A stretch of DNA of 64,000 bases from positions 1 through 64,000 of the forward strand of contig JBHICG010000007.1 of assembly GCA_046759445.1 (NCBI GenBank), in the 5' to 3' direction. Under the pieces are notes generated by a model that was given only the letters and a program-made list of their open reading frames with translations, had not been told where the DNA came from and did no database searches. Position 1 is the stretch's first letter. Each line of letters begins with the position of its first letter. Source of the DNA: Candidatus Scalinduaceae bacterium (GTDB lineage Bacteria; Planctomycetota; Brocadiia; Brocadiales; Scalinduaceae). This document shows, piece after piece, positions 1 through 9,579 of this stretch. The position numbers and the translations under genes are program-made.

Positions 1-203
1 TTGTTGTTTCCAAAGATCCAGTGGCTGTGGAAAAGGCAACTATAGACATAATAAACAAACGTACAGGAAAAGATTATTTTAAACATATTTGGCCAAAATT
101 AGACTATACCGTACAGCTCGAGCATGCGGATGAAATTGGTTTGGGCAATCTTGAGTATGATTTAGAAAATATAACTCTCGATGAACAAGTTGCTGTAACA
201 TAA
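1..203 (+). CDS. 3' end of a DUF362-like / Fe-S cluster protein (partial, runs off the window)
   Basis: Frame open from the window edge: VVSKDPVAVEKATIDII...QLEHADEIGLG resembles the DUF362 C-terminus (SxDPVAxD...QLxxAxxxGLG). Confidence 0.6.
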   Translation, partial: VVSKDPVAVEKATIDIINKRTGKDYFKHIWPKLDYTVQLEHADEIGLGNLEYDLENITLDEQVAVT

Positions 204-271
204 ATCGATTAACTGACAATTTGAATGGATATTTTATTGTATAGGAATTTTTATTTTGTGTTGAATAAAAT

Positions 272-378
272 GTAGCGGAGGTCTTTAGACCTCCACTCAC
301 CATGGGGTGGATACTAATGTTCATGTAACCTTTTTACCAGCTATCCTATGGACGTGGAAACCTGAAGGTTTCCGCTAC
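272..378. repeat. GTAG-footed REP-like inverted pair
   Basis: gtagcGGAGGTCtttaGACCTCC ... tGGAAACCtgaaGGTTTCCgctac; the 24-nt right arm is identical to the copy at 29490-29513. Confidence 0.85.
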
Positions 379-441
379 AGCGGGTATGTGTAACTTGAGA
401 ATGCAATTAAATTATAATAATTATAGAATTTCTCCAAAAAA

Positions 442-1833
442 ATGATTTCGCTTAATCGTAAGGTTATAATATTCGGTTTAGATTCTGCACCACCTGAGTT
501 AATCTTTGATAAATGGCTTGATTATTTGCCTAATATAAGACATCTCGTTTCAAACGGGATTTTTGGTAAACTAAAAAGTACCATACCTGCGATTACGTGC
601 CCGGCATGGGCATCAATGGTCACAAGTGTTAACCCGGGCAAGCTGGGAATATATGGTTTTAGAAATAGACGCCATTATGATTATGAAGGTTTATGTTTTG
701 TTGATTCAACTTCGATTAATCATGAGCCTATTTGGAATATACTTTCAAGATATGGCAAAAAGACCATCGTTATCGGTGTGCCACAGACTTACCCCCCCAA
801 ACCAATTTATAATGGCTACATGGTAACGTGCTTCCTCACACCTGACAAAAATTGTCAGTACACCTATCCTGCTGAACTCAGACATGAAGTGGAAAGGATA
901 TCGGGCGGCTATATCCTGGATGTGGAAAATTTTAGAAGTGAAGAAAAAGAGCATATCTTAAACACAACATACGAAATGACACATAAAAGGTTTAAACTTG
1001 CAAGACACTTTATACAAAATGAGGATTGGGATTTTCTTATGATGGTAGAAATGGGAACGGATAGGTTACAGCACGCATTTTGGGGATTTTTTGATAATAG
1101 ACATCCCAGATATTTGCCAGGCAATAAATATGAAAATGTTATATTCGACTATTATAAATATATCGATGATGAAATAGGCAAGACAATTTGTCTATTGGAC
1201 GAAGATACTCTCATTTTAATAGTTTCTGACCACGGCGCCAGGATGATGGAGGGAGGAATCTGCATAAACGAATGGCTATTAAATAATGGATATCTTAAAC
1301 TCATTCATTATCCTGAAGAAGTTACTCAAATTAGCAAAAATATGATTGATTGGGATAAGACCATGGTGTGGGGTGAGGGTGGATACTACGGACGTTTATT
1401 CTTTAACGTTAAAGATCGAGAACCTAGAGGCATAATTCCAAGGCAAAATTATGAGTTTTTAAGAAACGAATTAATAATGGCGCTTGAAGACCTGAGAGAC
1501 GAGAAGGGACAGAATATAAATACAAAGGTATTTAAACCAGAAGAAATTTATTCAGAATGCAGAAACATCCCACCTGATTTGATCGTTTATTATGGGGATT
1601 TAGCATGGAGATCTGTGGGCAGTGTTGGTCATAATACTATTTGGACTAACGAAAACGACACAGGCCACGATGACGCAAATCACGCTCAATATGGAATATT
1701 TGCGATGTATGGTGATAGCCGCAATAATGCCGGGAAAAGAGAAGGATTACAAATAATGGACGTAACACCTACAATTTTAGACCGTATGGGATTCGAGATT
1801 CCCTGGTATATGGAGGGAAATATTATCACATAA
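442..1833 (+). CDS. Alkaline phosphatase superfamily protein (nucleotide pyrophosphatase/phosphodiesterase type)
   Basis: GLDSA, STIPAITCPAW, DRLQH, VSDHG and C-terminal NH motifs of the AlkP superfamily. Confidence 0.85.
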   Translation: MISLNRKVIIFGLDSAPPELIFDKWLDYLPNIRHLVSNGIFGKLKSTIPAITCPAWASMVTSVNPGKLGIYGFRNRRHYDYEGLCFVDSTSINHEPIWNILSRYGKKTIVIGVPQTYPPKPIYNGYMVTCFLTPDKNCQYTYPAELRHEVERISGGYILDVENFRSEEKEHILNTTYEMTHKRFKLARHFIQNEDWDFLMMVEMGTDRLQHAFWGFFDNRHPRYLPGNKYENVIFDYYKYIDDEIGKTICLLDEDTLILIVSDHGARMMEGGICINEWLLNNGYLKLIHYPEEVTQISKNMIDWDKTMVWGEGGYYGRLFFNVKDREPRGIIPRQNYEFLRNELIMALEDLRDEKGQNINTKVFKPEEIYSECRNIPPDLIVYYGDLAWRSVGSVGHNTIWTNENDTGHDDANHAQYGIFAMYGDSRNNAGKREGLQIMDVTPTILDRMGFEIPWYMEGNIIT

Positions 1834-1834
1834 A

Positions 1835-1940
1835 AGCCTGTTGCGCAACAGGCTCACAATCTGTGAATATTATTTACTAAATATCTTTTAAGTCATTCCC
1901 ATCCCCTGTACCATACGGTACAGGGCATAAGTGTGAATCC
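1835..1940. repeat. Perfect 20-bp palindrome followed by a GTCA-footed REP-like hairpin with an inserted module
   Basis: agcctgttgc|gcaacaggct (1835-1854); gtcattccc..ccctgtaccatacggtacaggg..gaatcc (1892-1940). Confidence 0.6.
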
Positions 1941-1993
1941 GGCAAATAATAAATACATAATATTAAATAACTTAATAAAGGAGGGAGCAAGCC

Positions 1994-2803
1994 ATGAAGG
2001 ATTTTCTTTGGTCACTGAGTTTCTTAACAATAATTCCAACAGGCAAAAGATGGGATGAAAGACAACCCGGAATTTGTAAGGTAGCGTTTTGGTTTCCTAT
2101 TATTGGTCTTTTGATAGGTGTTGCTCTTACGTTTGCCTATTTTCCGGCAATTCGATACTTTCCACACCTGGTTGCAGATGCCATAATCTTGATAATCTAT
2201 ATTTTTATAACTGGTGGTTTCCATCTTGATGGTTTTGCTGACAGTTGTGATGGTTTGTTTGGTGGGGATACCAGGGAAAAAAGACTCGAAATAATGCGAG
2301 ATAGTCGAACAGGGAATTATGGTGTACTATGCCTTATCTGTATCTTGGGTTTAAAATATCTATGCCTTGTCTTGATTGATCCAAAGGAGATAGCCAAATT
2401 ATCCCTTGTCAGTGATTACAAGACGATAGAAGGTATAGGTTCTATTCATCTTTATGCCTGTGAAAAAGGTAAAGTTCTTCTTTTTATGTGTGCCATCGGG
2501 CGTTTGTCTCAGATACTGGGCGCAGCAATTTCGACTTATGCCAGAGACGAAAAGGGTACGGGCCAAATAATTGTTGAAAACGTCAATCTTAAACATTTCT
2601 TGCTTTCTTCAATCGTACCCGCAATACTTATTTTTTTATTTTGTGGTATTAAAGGAATCATTATACTCCTTATAGCGCTGGTTGTAAGCCTCTTGTTTAC
2701 ATTTTATGTCAAAAGAAGAATCGGAGGTATGACAGGAGATACCCTTGGTGGAGTAAATGAAGTAAGTGAGATAACTGTTTTACTTTCCTTTTTGGCTATT
2801 TGA
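1994..2803 (+). CDS. cobS: Adenosylcobinamide-GDP ribazoletransferase (cobalamin synthase)
   Basis: FLTIIP, TGGFHLDGFADSCDG, MRDSRTG and GGMTGDTLG motifs; adjacent to cobU. Confidence 0.95.
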   Translation: MKDFLWSLSFLTIIPTGKRWDERQPGICKVAFWFPIIGLLIGVALTFAYFPAIRYFPHLVADAIILIIYIFITGGFHLDGFADSCDGLFGGDTREKRLEIMRDSRTGNYGVLCLICILGLKYLCLVLIDPKEIAKLSLVSDYKTIEGIGSIHLYACEKGKVLLFMCAIGRLSQILGAAISTYARDEKGTGQIIVENVNLKHFLLSSIVPAILIFLFCGIKGIIILLIALVVSLLFTFYVKRRIGGMTGDTLGGVNEVSEITVLLSFLAI

Positions 2804-2809
2804 CTTCTG

Positions 2810-2843
2810 ATTCACCACAGAAAGACACCGAAAAACACAGAAA
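2810..2843. repeat. Left arm of an inverted ~10-mer array flanking the GxxExxY gene
   Basis: accacagaaag-acaccgaaaa-acacagaaaa, mirrored by 3255-3285. Confidence 0.7.
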
Positions 2844-2853
2844 ATGATAGGTA

Positions 2854-3201
2854 ATGAGCAAACTGCTATATGAAGACTTAACTTATAAAATCATAGGAGC
2901 TGCACAAGAAGTATATAAAGAACTTGGCCCTGGTTATTTGGAATCGGTTTATGAGGATGCATTGTGTTACGAGTTGGATTTAATAAATATACCTTATCAA
3001 AGACAAATAGAATTAGATGTCCATTATAAAAATGTTGTTTTTGAAAGTAAGTTTAGAGCAGATATGCTAATAGAAAATAAAGTTCTTGTAGAAAACAAGG
3101 CAATAAAAACTATAACAAATCAGGATGAAGCACAATTAATAAATTATCTTAAAACAACTCGCATAAGGGTGGGTTTATTGTTTAATTATGGAGCAGAATA
3201 A
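2854..3201 (+). CDS. GxxExxY protein (PD-(D/E)XK-like), C-terminus clipped by nonsense codons
   Basis: ELGPGYLESVYE, RADMLIE, VENKA, AQLINYLK, GLLFNYG; the frame continues GAE*FEKVR*IF* to 3228. Confidence 0.9.
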   Translation: MSKLLYEDLTYKIIGAAQEVYKELGPGYLESVYEDALCYELDLINIPYQRQIELDVHYKNVVFESKFRADMLIENKVLVENKAIKTITNQDEAQLINYLKTTRIRVGLLFNYGAE

Positions 3202-3254
3202 TTTGAAAAGGTTAGATGAATATTCTGACCGGCCAGAACAATTTCTGCTTGGTA

Positions 3255-3285
3255 GTTCAGTGTAATTCAGTGAAAATTCCGTGGT
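3255..3285. repeat. Right arm of the inverted ~10-mer array flanking the GxxExxY gene
   Basis: ttcagtgtaa-ttcagtgaaaa-ttccgtggt; 25/29 nt match to 18307-18335. Confidence 0.7.
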
Positions 3286-3292
3286 AACTTAA

Positions 3293-3835
3293 ATGTCAAA
3301 AATAACATTCATAATCGGTGGTGCAAGGAGTGGCAAGTCCACGTTTGCAATGAAGCTTGCCAGTAAATACGAACACGTCTGTTACGTTGCCACTGCAGAT
3401 TCCTCACAAACCTCGCAGATTAATGATGATGAGATGGTCAAGAGGATACAAGATCACCAAAAGAATAGACCAGCCAACTGGGAAACGATAGAAGCTCCCC
3501 TTGATTTAGACAAGGCTATTTCAAACCTTGACGGCAAATTAGAGGTTGTACTAATTGATTGTATAACCCTTTATATAACAAATATGCTTCTTAATAGTCG
3601 TAAAACCGAAGAAGAAAAACACATAATTGATGCAATAAATAGTTTATGTTTGGTTTGTAAAAAGATTTCCCCTCATGTTATAATAGTATCCAATGAAGTT
3701 GGTTACGGCATAGTACCACATAATCCACTTTCAAGAAAATTTCGTGATATTGCCGGTTATGCCAATCAATTGATTGCAAGAGAGGCAGATAGTGTCTTTC
3801 TTGTTACGGCAGGAATCGAAACCAAAATTAAATAA
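3293..3835 (+). CDS. cobU: Bifunctional adenosylcobinamide kinase / cobinamide-phosphate guanylyltransferase
   Basis: GGARSGKS P-loop, YVATA, IDCITL, VSNEVGYGIVP and FRDIAG motifs. Confidence 0.96.
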   Translation: MSKITFIIGGARSGKSTFAMKLASKYEHVCYVATADSSQTSQINDDEMVKRIQDHQKNRPANWETIEAPLDLDKAISNLDGKLEVVLIDCITLYITNMLLNSRKTEEEKHIIDAINSLCLVCKKISPHVIIVSNEVGYGIVPHNPLSRKFRDIAGYANQLIAREADSVFLVTAGIETKIK

Positions 3836-3858
3836 ATGTAGCTGAAGTCTTCCAGTTT

Positions 3859-3941
3859 TGTCATTCCCAACTTGATTGGGAATCTATATTAGATTCCTGC
3901 TTATGGCCGTCCGAAGGACGGCACGCAGGGCGGGAATGACA
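3859..3941. repeat. GTCA-footed REP-like inverted pair with an inserted hairpin module
   Basis: tgtcattcccaacttgattgggaatct ... agattcctgc[..ccgtccgaaggacgg..]gggaatgaca. Confidence 0.75.
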
Positions 3942-4008
3942 TGGGAGAATGACACCTTAATCATGTGGCAAATATCCAACCATACTATTTTTTTCGAAAG
4001 GAGACAAA

Positions 4009-4671
4009 ATGAAATTTTTTATTGATACAGCAGACGTAAAAGAGATAAGAGAAGCAGAAAGCCTGGGAATCTTGGACGGTGTTACAACTAATCCCACATT
4101 AGTATCAAAGACCGGGCGACCTTTCAGGGAGACCATCGAAGAGATATGTTCAATCGTAAAAGGCCCCGTAAGCGCAGAAGTAGTCAGTACAGAGAAGGAA
4201 GATATGGTCAAGGAAGCAAGAGAGTTATCTAAGATAGCTGAGAACATAGTCGTCAAGATACCGCTCATAAAGGAGGGCCTCAAGGCCGTAAAGGTTCTGA
4301 CTTCAGAGGGCATACACGTAAACGTCACCTTGTGTTTTTCATCAAACCAGGCCTTACTTGCCGCTAAGGCAGGAGGTACCTATATTAGTCCCTTCGTAGG
4401 AAGATTAGACGATAGAGGACATACTGGAATGGAAGTTGTTGATGAGATTAGGACTATTTATGATAACTATGGATTTACGACAGAGATAATAGTTGCCAGT
4501 ATTCGAAATCCCTTGCACGTAAGAGATGCCGCACTTATGGGTGCCGATATTGTTACAGTTCCATTTACGGTGTTTAACAATATAGTAAAACATCCATTGA
4601 CTGATGCGGGACTTAAGCAATTCCTTGCAGACTGGGAAAAGGTTCCTAAAGAAGCTGAGGCTTTAGTATAG
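4009..4671 (+). CDS. tal: Transaldolase / fructose-6-phosphate aldolase family (TalC/Fsa)
   Basis: [41 protein letters not shown]. Confidence 0.93.
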   Translation: MKFFIDTADVKEIREAESLGILDGVTTNPTLVSKTGRPFRETIEEICSIVKGPVSAEVVSTEKEDMVKEARELSKIAENIVVKIPLIKEGLKAVKVLTSEGIHVNVTLCFSSNQALLAAKAGGTYISPFVGRLDDRGHTGMEVVDEIRTIYDNYGFTTEIIVASIRNPLHVRDAALMGADIVTVPFTVFNNIVKHPLTDAGLKQFLADWEKVPKEAEALV

Positions 4672-4929
4672 AAAAGCTTAAGGGATATCTGAATTACACA
4701 GAAATACAAAAATCCTGTATATCCACATATTCTTAATCCTGTCAAAAACCGTACCTACAAGGGTTGTGATCCAAGGAAAACGTCAAGGCTGTTTTTTAGA
4801 TGACAGTATAAACAAAGGTTTTCTGCCTGATTAAGGGAACATAATATGACCAGAAACCTAATTAAAAAGGATTACGACCACATCTTGTAATATCAATAAA
4901 CCCTTGCTTGTAAAAAAAAATATTATTAC

Positions 4930-5157
4930 CTATCCGCCAAGCGCCAGTTTGTGAACACAGGTATGATATTTTCCATCTACCTCATCTATCTTTAGTAATT
5001 CATTTCCTGTTTTTTCACACCGTGGTTTTGAGTTAGTCTTTATTCCATCATCAGTTGCGATGATTTCCAGAACTTGTCTGTTATCCATTTATTTTATCTT
5101 TTGATATTAACAGAAACCTTTAAATTTAAATCTCTGTCTACTATTATTGAAAGACAT
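4930..5157 (-). pseudogene. Frameshifted TusA/SirA-family sulfur-carrier remnant
   Basis: Minus-strand pieces VDRDLNLK / MDNRQVLEIIATDDGI / CEKTGNELLKIDEVDGKYH are joined only by frameshifts; the CPxP motif is missing. Confidence 0.7.
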
Positions 5158-5390
5158 AAGATGAAGCTTACTATAATTCTACAACCCCGTACTTAACCAA
5201 ATCATAAGTATTTCTGTATGAATGTATTACAACATTTTTTGCTTAACTGCTTGATTCGGTACGAAAGTTGTTGTTATATTCTTCAAAATTTGCTAAATTT
5301 AATATTTATCATATGAAGATAGCATTTTTTTATAAATCTCTGTTTATTTCACACTGAATAACAGTTATTTTTTGATTTTGGAGAAATTTT

Positions 5391-6296
5391 TTGAATAACA
5401 TTAATATTTCTTATCTAAAACAGCTTGAGTCAGAGTCTATTCACATTATTCGTGAAGTAGCCGCTGAGTTTAAAAATCCTGTTATGCTTTATTCTATTGG
5501 GAAAGACTCCGGCGCAATGGTTCGCCTGGCACAAAAAGCCTTTTATCCCGGTAAAATCCCTTTTCCACTTATGCACATTGATACCGGATATAAATTCCCC
5601 GAGATGATAGAATTTCGAGACCAGTTCGCTAAAGAAACGGGATGCCGACTTATAGTTGAACGAAATGAGGAATGGATTGGCAATGGTGTACATCCTCTCA
5701 AGATTGGAGTGGAAAAATGCTGTGCCAAACTGAAGACTCAGGGACTCCTTAATGCCATCAAAAAACACAAGTTTGATGCAGCTTTTGGAGGAGCGAGGAG
5801 GGACGAAGAAAAGTCCAGGGCAAAGGAACGCGTCTTCTCTTTCCGGGACGAATTCGGACAATGGGACCCTAAGTATCAGAGGCCGGAACTCTGGAATCTG
5901 TATAACTGCCTCATAAATGAGGGGGAAACGATCAGGGTATTCCCCCTGAGCAACTGGACTGAACTCGACGTCTGGCAATACTTGAAAATCGAGAAGATAC
6001 CCATTGTACCGATATATTACGCTCAGGAAAGGGAAGTTATTAATAGGAATGGTGTATTAGTCCCGTATAATGACGTGGCCAACCTTAAACCGGGCGAAAA
6101 GGTAGAAAAAGTTATGTGCCGATTCAGGAGCCTGGGTTGTATGCCCTGTACTGGAGCGGTTCAGTCTACGGCAACGACAGTTGATGATATAATTGCTGAA
6201 GTTGAAGATACAAGTAAATCTGAAAGAGAAAACCGAATTATCGACCATGGTACGGATAGTTCAATGGAAGACAAGAAGAAGGAAGGATACTTTTAA
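5391..6296 (+). CDS. cysD: Sulfate adenylyltransferase subunit 2
   Basis: [53 protein letters not shown]. Confidence 0.97.
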   Translation: MNNINISYLKQLESESIHIIREVAAEFKNPVMLYSIGKDSGAMVRLAQKAFYPGKIPFPLMHIDTGYKFPEMIEFRDQFAKETGCRLIVERNEEWIGNGVHPLKIGVEKCCAKLKTQGLLNAIKKHKFDAAFGGARRDEEKSRAKERVFSFRDEFGQWDPKYQRPELWNLYNCLINEGETIRVFPLSNWTELDVWQYLKIEKIPIVPIYYAQEREVINRNGVLVPYNDVANLKPGEKVEKVMCRFRSLGCMPCTGAVQSTATTVDDIIAEVEDTSKSERENRIIDHGTDSSMEDKKKEGYF

Positions 6297-6299
6297 ACC

Positions 6300-8255
6300 A
6301 TGAATCCCAATATGACCAATTTGCTTAGATTCACTACTGTAGGAAGTGTAGATGATGGAAAGTCTACCCTTATAGGGAAACTCCTAATGGAAACCAAAAA
6401 TGTCTACGAAGACCAGCTTGAGGCAGTTTCAAGGGTTGCGCAACGTAAGGGAAAAAACGAAATAGACCTGGCCCTGATTACTGATGGGTTGGCTGCAGAG
6501 CGAGAACAAGGTATAACTATAGATGTTGCTTATCGTTATTTCCAGACTTCCAAGCGAAAATTTATTATTGCTGACACACCCGGGCATATTCAGTATACAC
6601 GAAATATGGTTACAGGCGCCTCCACCGCCAATCTGGCCATTATCCTCATCGATGCACATAAAGGTATCTCAGAACAATCCAGGAGACACGGTTTCATCGC
6701 AAGCCTTTTGCAGGTTTCTCATCTGATAGTTGCCGTTAATAAGATAGACATGGTCAATTACTCTCAGGAAGTTTTTCAATCGATTGTCGATGAATATGAT
6801 GATTTTTCCCGTAAACTGGAAATCAAAGATATTACTTACATTCCAATCTCAGCTCTTAAAGGAGACAATGTAGTCAACAAAAGCTCCAATACCCCCTGGT
6901 ACAACGGTCCCACTGTACTTCATGTACTGGAAAATGTTCACATCAGTTCTGACTTAAATATCCGCGACTTTAGATTTCCGGTGCAATATGTTATACGACC
7001 GGATCACAACTTTCGTGGTTATGCCGGAACAATTGTTACCGGTACCATTACCACTGGAGAAGAAATTGCCATATTACCTTCAGGAATAACCTCAAGAATT
7101 AAATCCATCAAGACCATGGATGGCGATCTTGATGAAGCGGGAACTCCACAGTCTGTAGTCTTGACTCTTGAAGATGAAATAGATGTTAGTCGAGGGGATA
7201 TGATCGTGAGACGACATAATCTTCCTTTAGTCGAAAAAAATATAGATACCATCATATGCTGGATGGGCGAGGAACCTCTTCAAATTGGGAAAAACTATCT
7301 TATCAAGCATACAACCAGAACAGTTAATGCCTTTGTTAGTAAATTGGACTACATGTTTGACGTAAACACACTACATCGTACTGATACTACAGATCATAAT
7401 CTTTTCTGCCAACTCTTAAACACGCTACACCGTACCGACGTTAATACCCTGATGCTGAATGAAATTGGACGTGCGGAAGTAGTACTTACCCAGCCAATAA
7501 TGTTCGATCAGTATAATAAAAACCGAGAAACGGGTAGCTTCATAATAATCGACCTTGATAGTAATTTCACCATTGGAGCTGGAATGATTCGTGGGTCTGT
7601 GAGAAGTATCGAAGAGACCATCCACGCGGCACCTAAAGTGACCGGTACTATTGACAGGTCATCCAATGTCACTTTGGAAAAGACTGCAGTATCACTTAAA
7701 GAAAGAGAAGAAATAAATAATCACAAAAGTGCGGTTATTTGGTTCACGGGTTTATCCGGATCAGGTAAGACAACTATTGCCAAAAAACTTGAACGGATCC
7801 TTTTCAACCTTGGTTGCCACACAGTATTGTTGGACTGGGACAACCTCCGCCACGGTCTTTGTAAGGACCTCGGTTTTTCTGATAACGATAGAATAGAAAA
7901 TATCAGACGCGTCGGGGAGGTTGCCAAGGTTTTCTATGAACAGGGCTCTATTGTGATATGTACCTTCATTTCACCACTAAGATGCCAAAGAGATCAAGTA
8001 AGAGCCCTGATACCAGAAGGAAGGTTCTTTGAGGTTTTCGTTCGTTGCAGCCTTAAAACCTGTATAAATCGAGATCCTAATGAACTCTATAAAAAGGCCA
8101 TTGACGGAGAAATACCTAAATTCACTGGAATAAATGCCCCCTACGAAGAGTCTTTCAGCCCAGAGGTCATCACCGACACAGAACATAAATCCATTGAAGA
8201 TAATCTTAACATGATCCTTGATAAGATGCGGAAAGAAGGAATCATAAAGAAATAA
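6300..8255 (+). CDS. cysNC: Bifunctional sulfate adenylyltransferase subunit 1 / APS kinase fusion
   Basis: GSVDDGKST, EREQGITID, DTPGH, NKID G-domain; C-terminal WFTGLSGSGKTT APS-kinase domain. Confidence 0.95.
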   Translation: MNPNMTNLLRFTTVGSVDDGKSTLIGKLLMETKNVYEDQLEAVSRVAQRKGKNEIDLALITDGLAAEREQGITIDVAYRYFQTSKRKFIIADTPGHIQYTRNMVTGASTANLAIILIDAHKGISEQSRRHGFIASLLQVSHLIVAVNKIDMVNYSQEVFQSIVDEYDDFSRKLEIKDITYIPISALKGDNVVNKSSNTPWYNGPTVLHVLENVHISSDLNIRDFRFPVQYVIRPDHNFRGYAGTIVTGTITTGEEIAILPSGITSRIKSIKTMDGDLDEAGTPQSVVLTLEDEIDVSRGDMIVRRHNLPLVEKNIDTIICWMGEEPLQIGKNYLIKHTTRTVNAFVSKLDYMFDVNTLHRTDTTDHNLFCQLLNTLHRTDVNTLMLNEIGRAEVVLTQPIMFDQYNKNRETGSFIIIDLDSNFTIGAGMIRGSVRSIEETIHAAPKVTGTIDRSSNVTLEKTAVSLKEREEINNHKSAVIWFTGLSGSGKTTIAKKLERILFNLGCHTVLLDWDNLRHGLCKDLGFSDNDRIENIRRVGEVAKVFYEQGSIVICTFISPLRCQRDQVRALIPEGRFFEVFVRCSLKTCINRDPNELYKKAIDGEIPKFTGINAPYEESFSPEVITDTEHKSIEDNLNMILDKMRKEGIIKK

Positions 8256-8327
8256 AGCAAATAATGGAATTATCTATAGTGATAAAATCCACAAGAACTA
8301 TATAACTTTCATTGGAAAGACATACCT

Positions 8328-8957
8328 ATGGCTAATATCTCCAACATTAAGATTGAAGGAGGCTTCGAAAACCAAGATCAGATTTGTAAAACAGTTAAGG
8401 AAGTTGTACAGGAGCTAGGTATGAGCCATAAACTGGAAAACATAATAATTAAACCTCCTCCTTCAGATTTTTCCATAGACATGAATTATCTCAGCACAGA
8501 TGAGAAGTCTTTGGAACTGGAGATAGTAGATTCTCTTGATAACCTGGAGGGTCGAGTCAGGCATGAACTCATGCATGTGGCAGACCAATTGGGCGAAGAG
8601 TTTAAGTACAAAGAAAGTAATATACCAAGTGACGGCACCGGCGAATACAGGAGGTACAAGTACCTGTGGAACGTGTATATAGACGGCAGGCTTGAAAGGA
8701 GTGAAAAGCCTGCTTATGAGACCAGAGAGGGCAGGGAAAGGGAGATGGAAGAATGCTATCCCGAACTAAGCGCGGAACTGAGGAAGAAAAGCTTCGATTT
8801 TCTCTGGAATCTGGAACCACTTAACCACGAACAAATCACAAAGATGAGTCATGACCTCTTTTCGGCATCCGAAGAGCTTAAGTCCATTGCCCAATCTCGT
8901 GGGGAAAAACTGCACAACTTTAAGACACTGGAAGACCTTAAAAACTATAGTAAGTAA
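8328..8957 (+). CDS. Hypothetical protein with an HExxH motif (possible zinc-binding, zincin-like)
   Basis: 209-aa ORF, RHELMHVAD followed by WNVYIDGRL. Confidence 0.6.
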   Translation: MANISNIKIEGGFENQDQICKTVKEVVQELGMSHKLENIIIKPPPSDFSIDMNYLSTDEKSLELEIVDSLDNLEGRVRHELMHVADQLGEEFKYKESNIPSDGTGEYRRYKYLWNVYIDGRLERSEKPAYETREGREREMEECYPELSAELRKKSFDFLWNLEPLNHEQITKMSHDLFSASEELKSIAQSRGEKLHNFKTLEDLKNYSK

Positions 8958-9579
8958 GCCAGGAACAACACAAGTCCTTTTCGAAAAGAACATAATAAGA
9001 GTTACTCAATTCGCCCAAGTAAGTCCACACTGTAAGAGCTTTAAAAGACTTATCACATTTAAAATCCGCCAAACTGTCCGCACAAACTACACATGTCCAG
9101 CCAAACCTTGGAGCTCGTAATCAAGAAGGCAACCAAGTCATCCTTGCACTCCACTACTAATCCAGAATCATTATTCCCTCCCACAGGAAACAGTATATAA
9201 GCAAATTTTTTTTGAGATTTTTAACCATCATACTTTGTTTCAGTAGAAGTTAAAAATGATTAATCTTGAGCAAATTAATTCCCACTGACCATGGCTTTTT
9301 TTTGTCAACTATAATATTTCATATCACTTATATATTTCTCAACATTAAATATAATCCGCAAAGCTCTTTTGTCGAGGTTCATTTGCCTGAAAGTTATTTA
9401 TAAGTGCTGAGCTTTTATTGTTTCTTCTTTTTATAAACTATTTTCATACATCTGTATTTTCTCAATGTAAATTTTGTGTTTACTTTGTTAAAATTTGTCC
9501 GAATTGCACAATTTGACATTTTTTAAGAAAGTTACATGCTTTTCGTCAATAGCATTAAGATCTTATAAGCTTTCTTGGT

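Noticed and set aside
1834..1993. Cobalamin riboswitch upstream of cobS
   Set aside because: No B12-box or conserved core is visible; the hairpins are explained by repeat elements
3199..3228. Selenocysteine or other stop-codon recoding in GxxExxY
   Set aside because: The first stop is TAA, and all other genes in the window use standard stops
8960..9490. ORFs 8851-9120 and 8766-8993 and the intervening AT-rich DNA
   Set aside because: No recognisable motif on either strand; may be decayed sequence but cannot be supported
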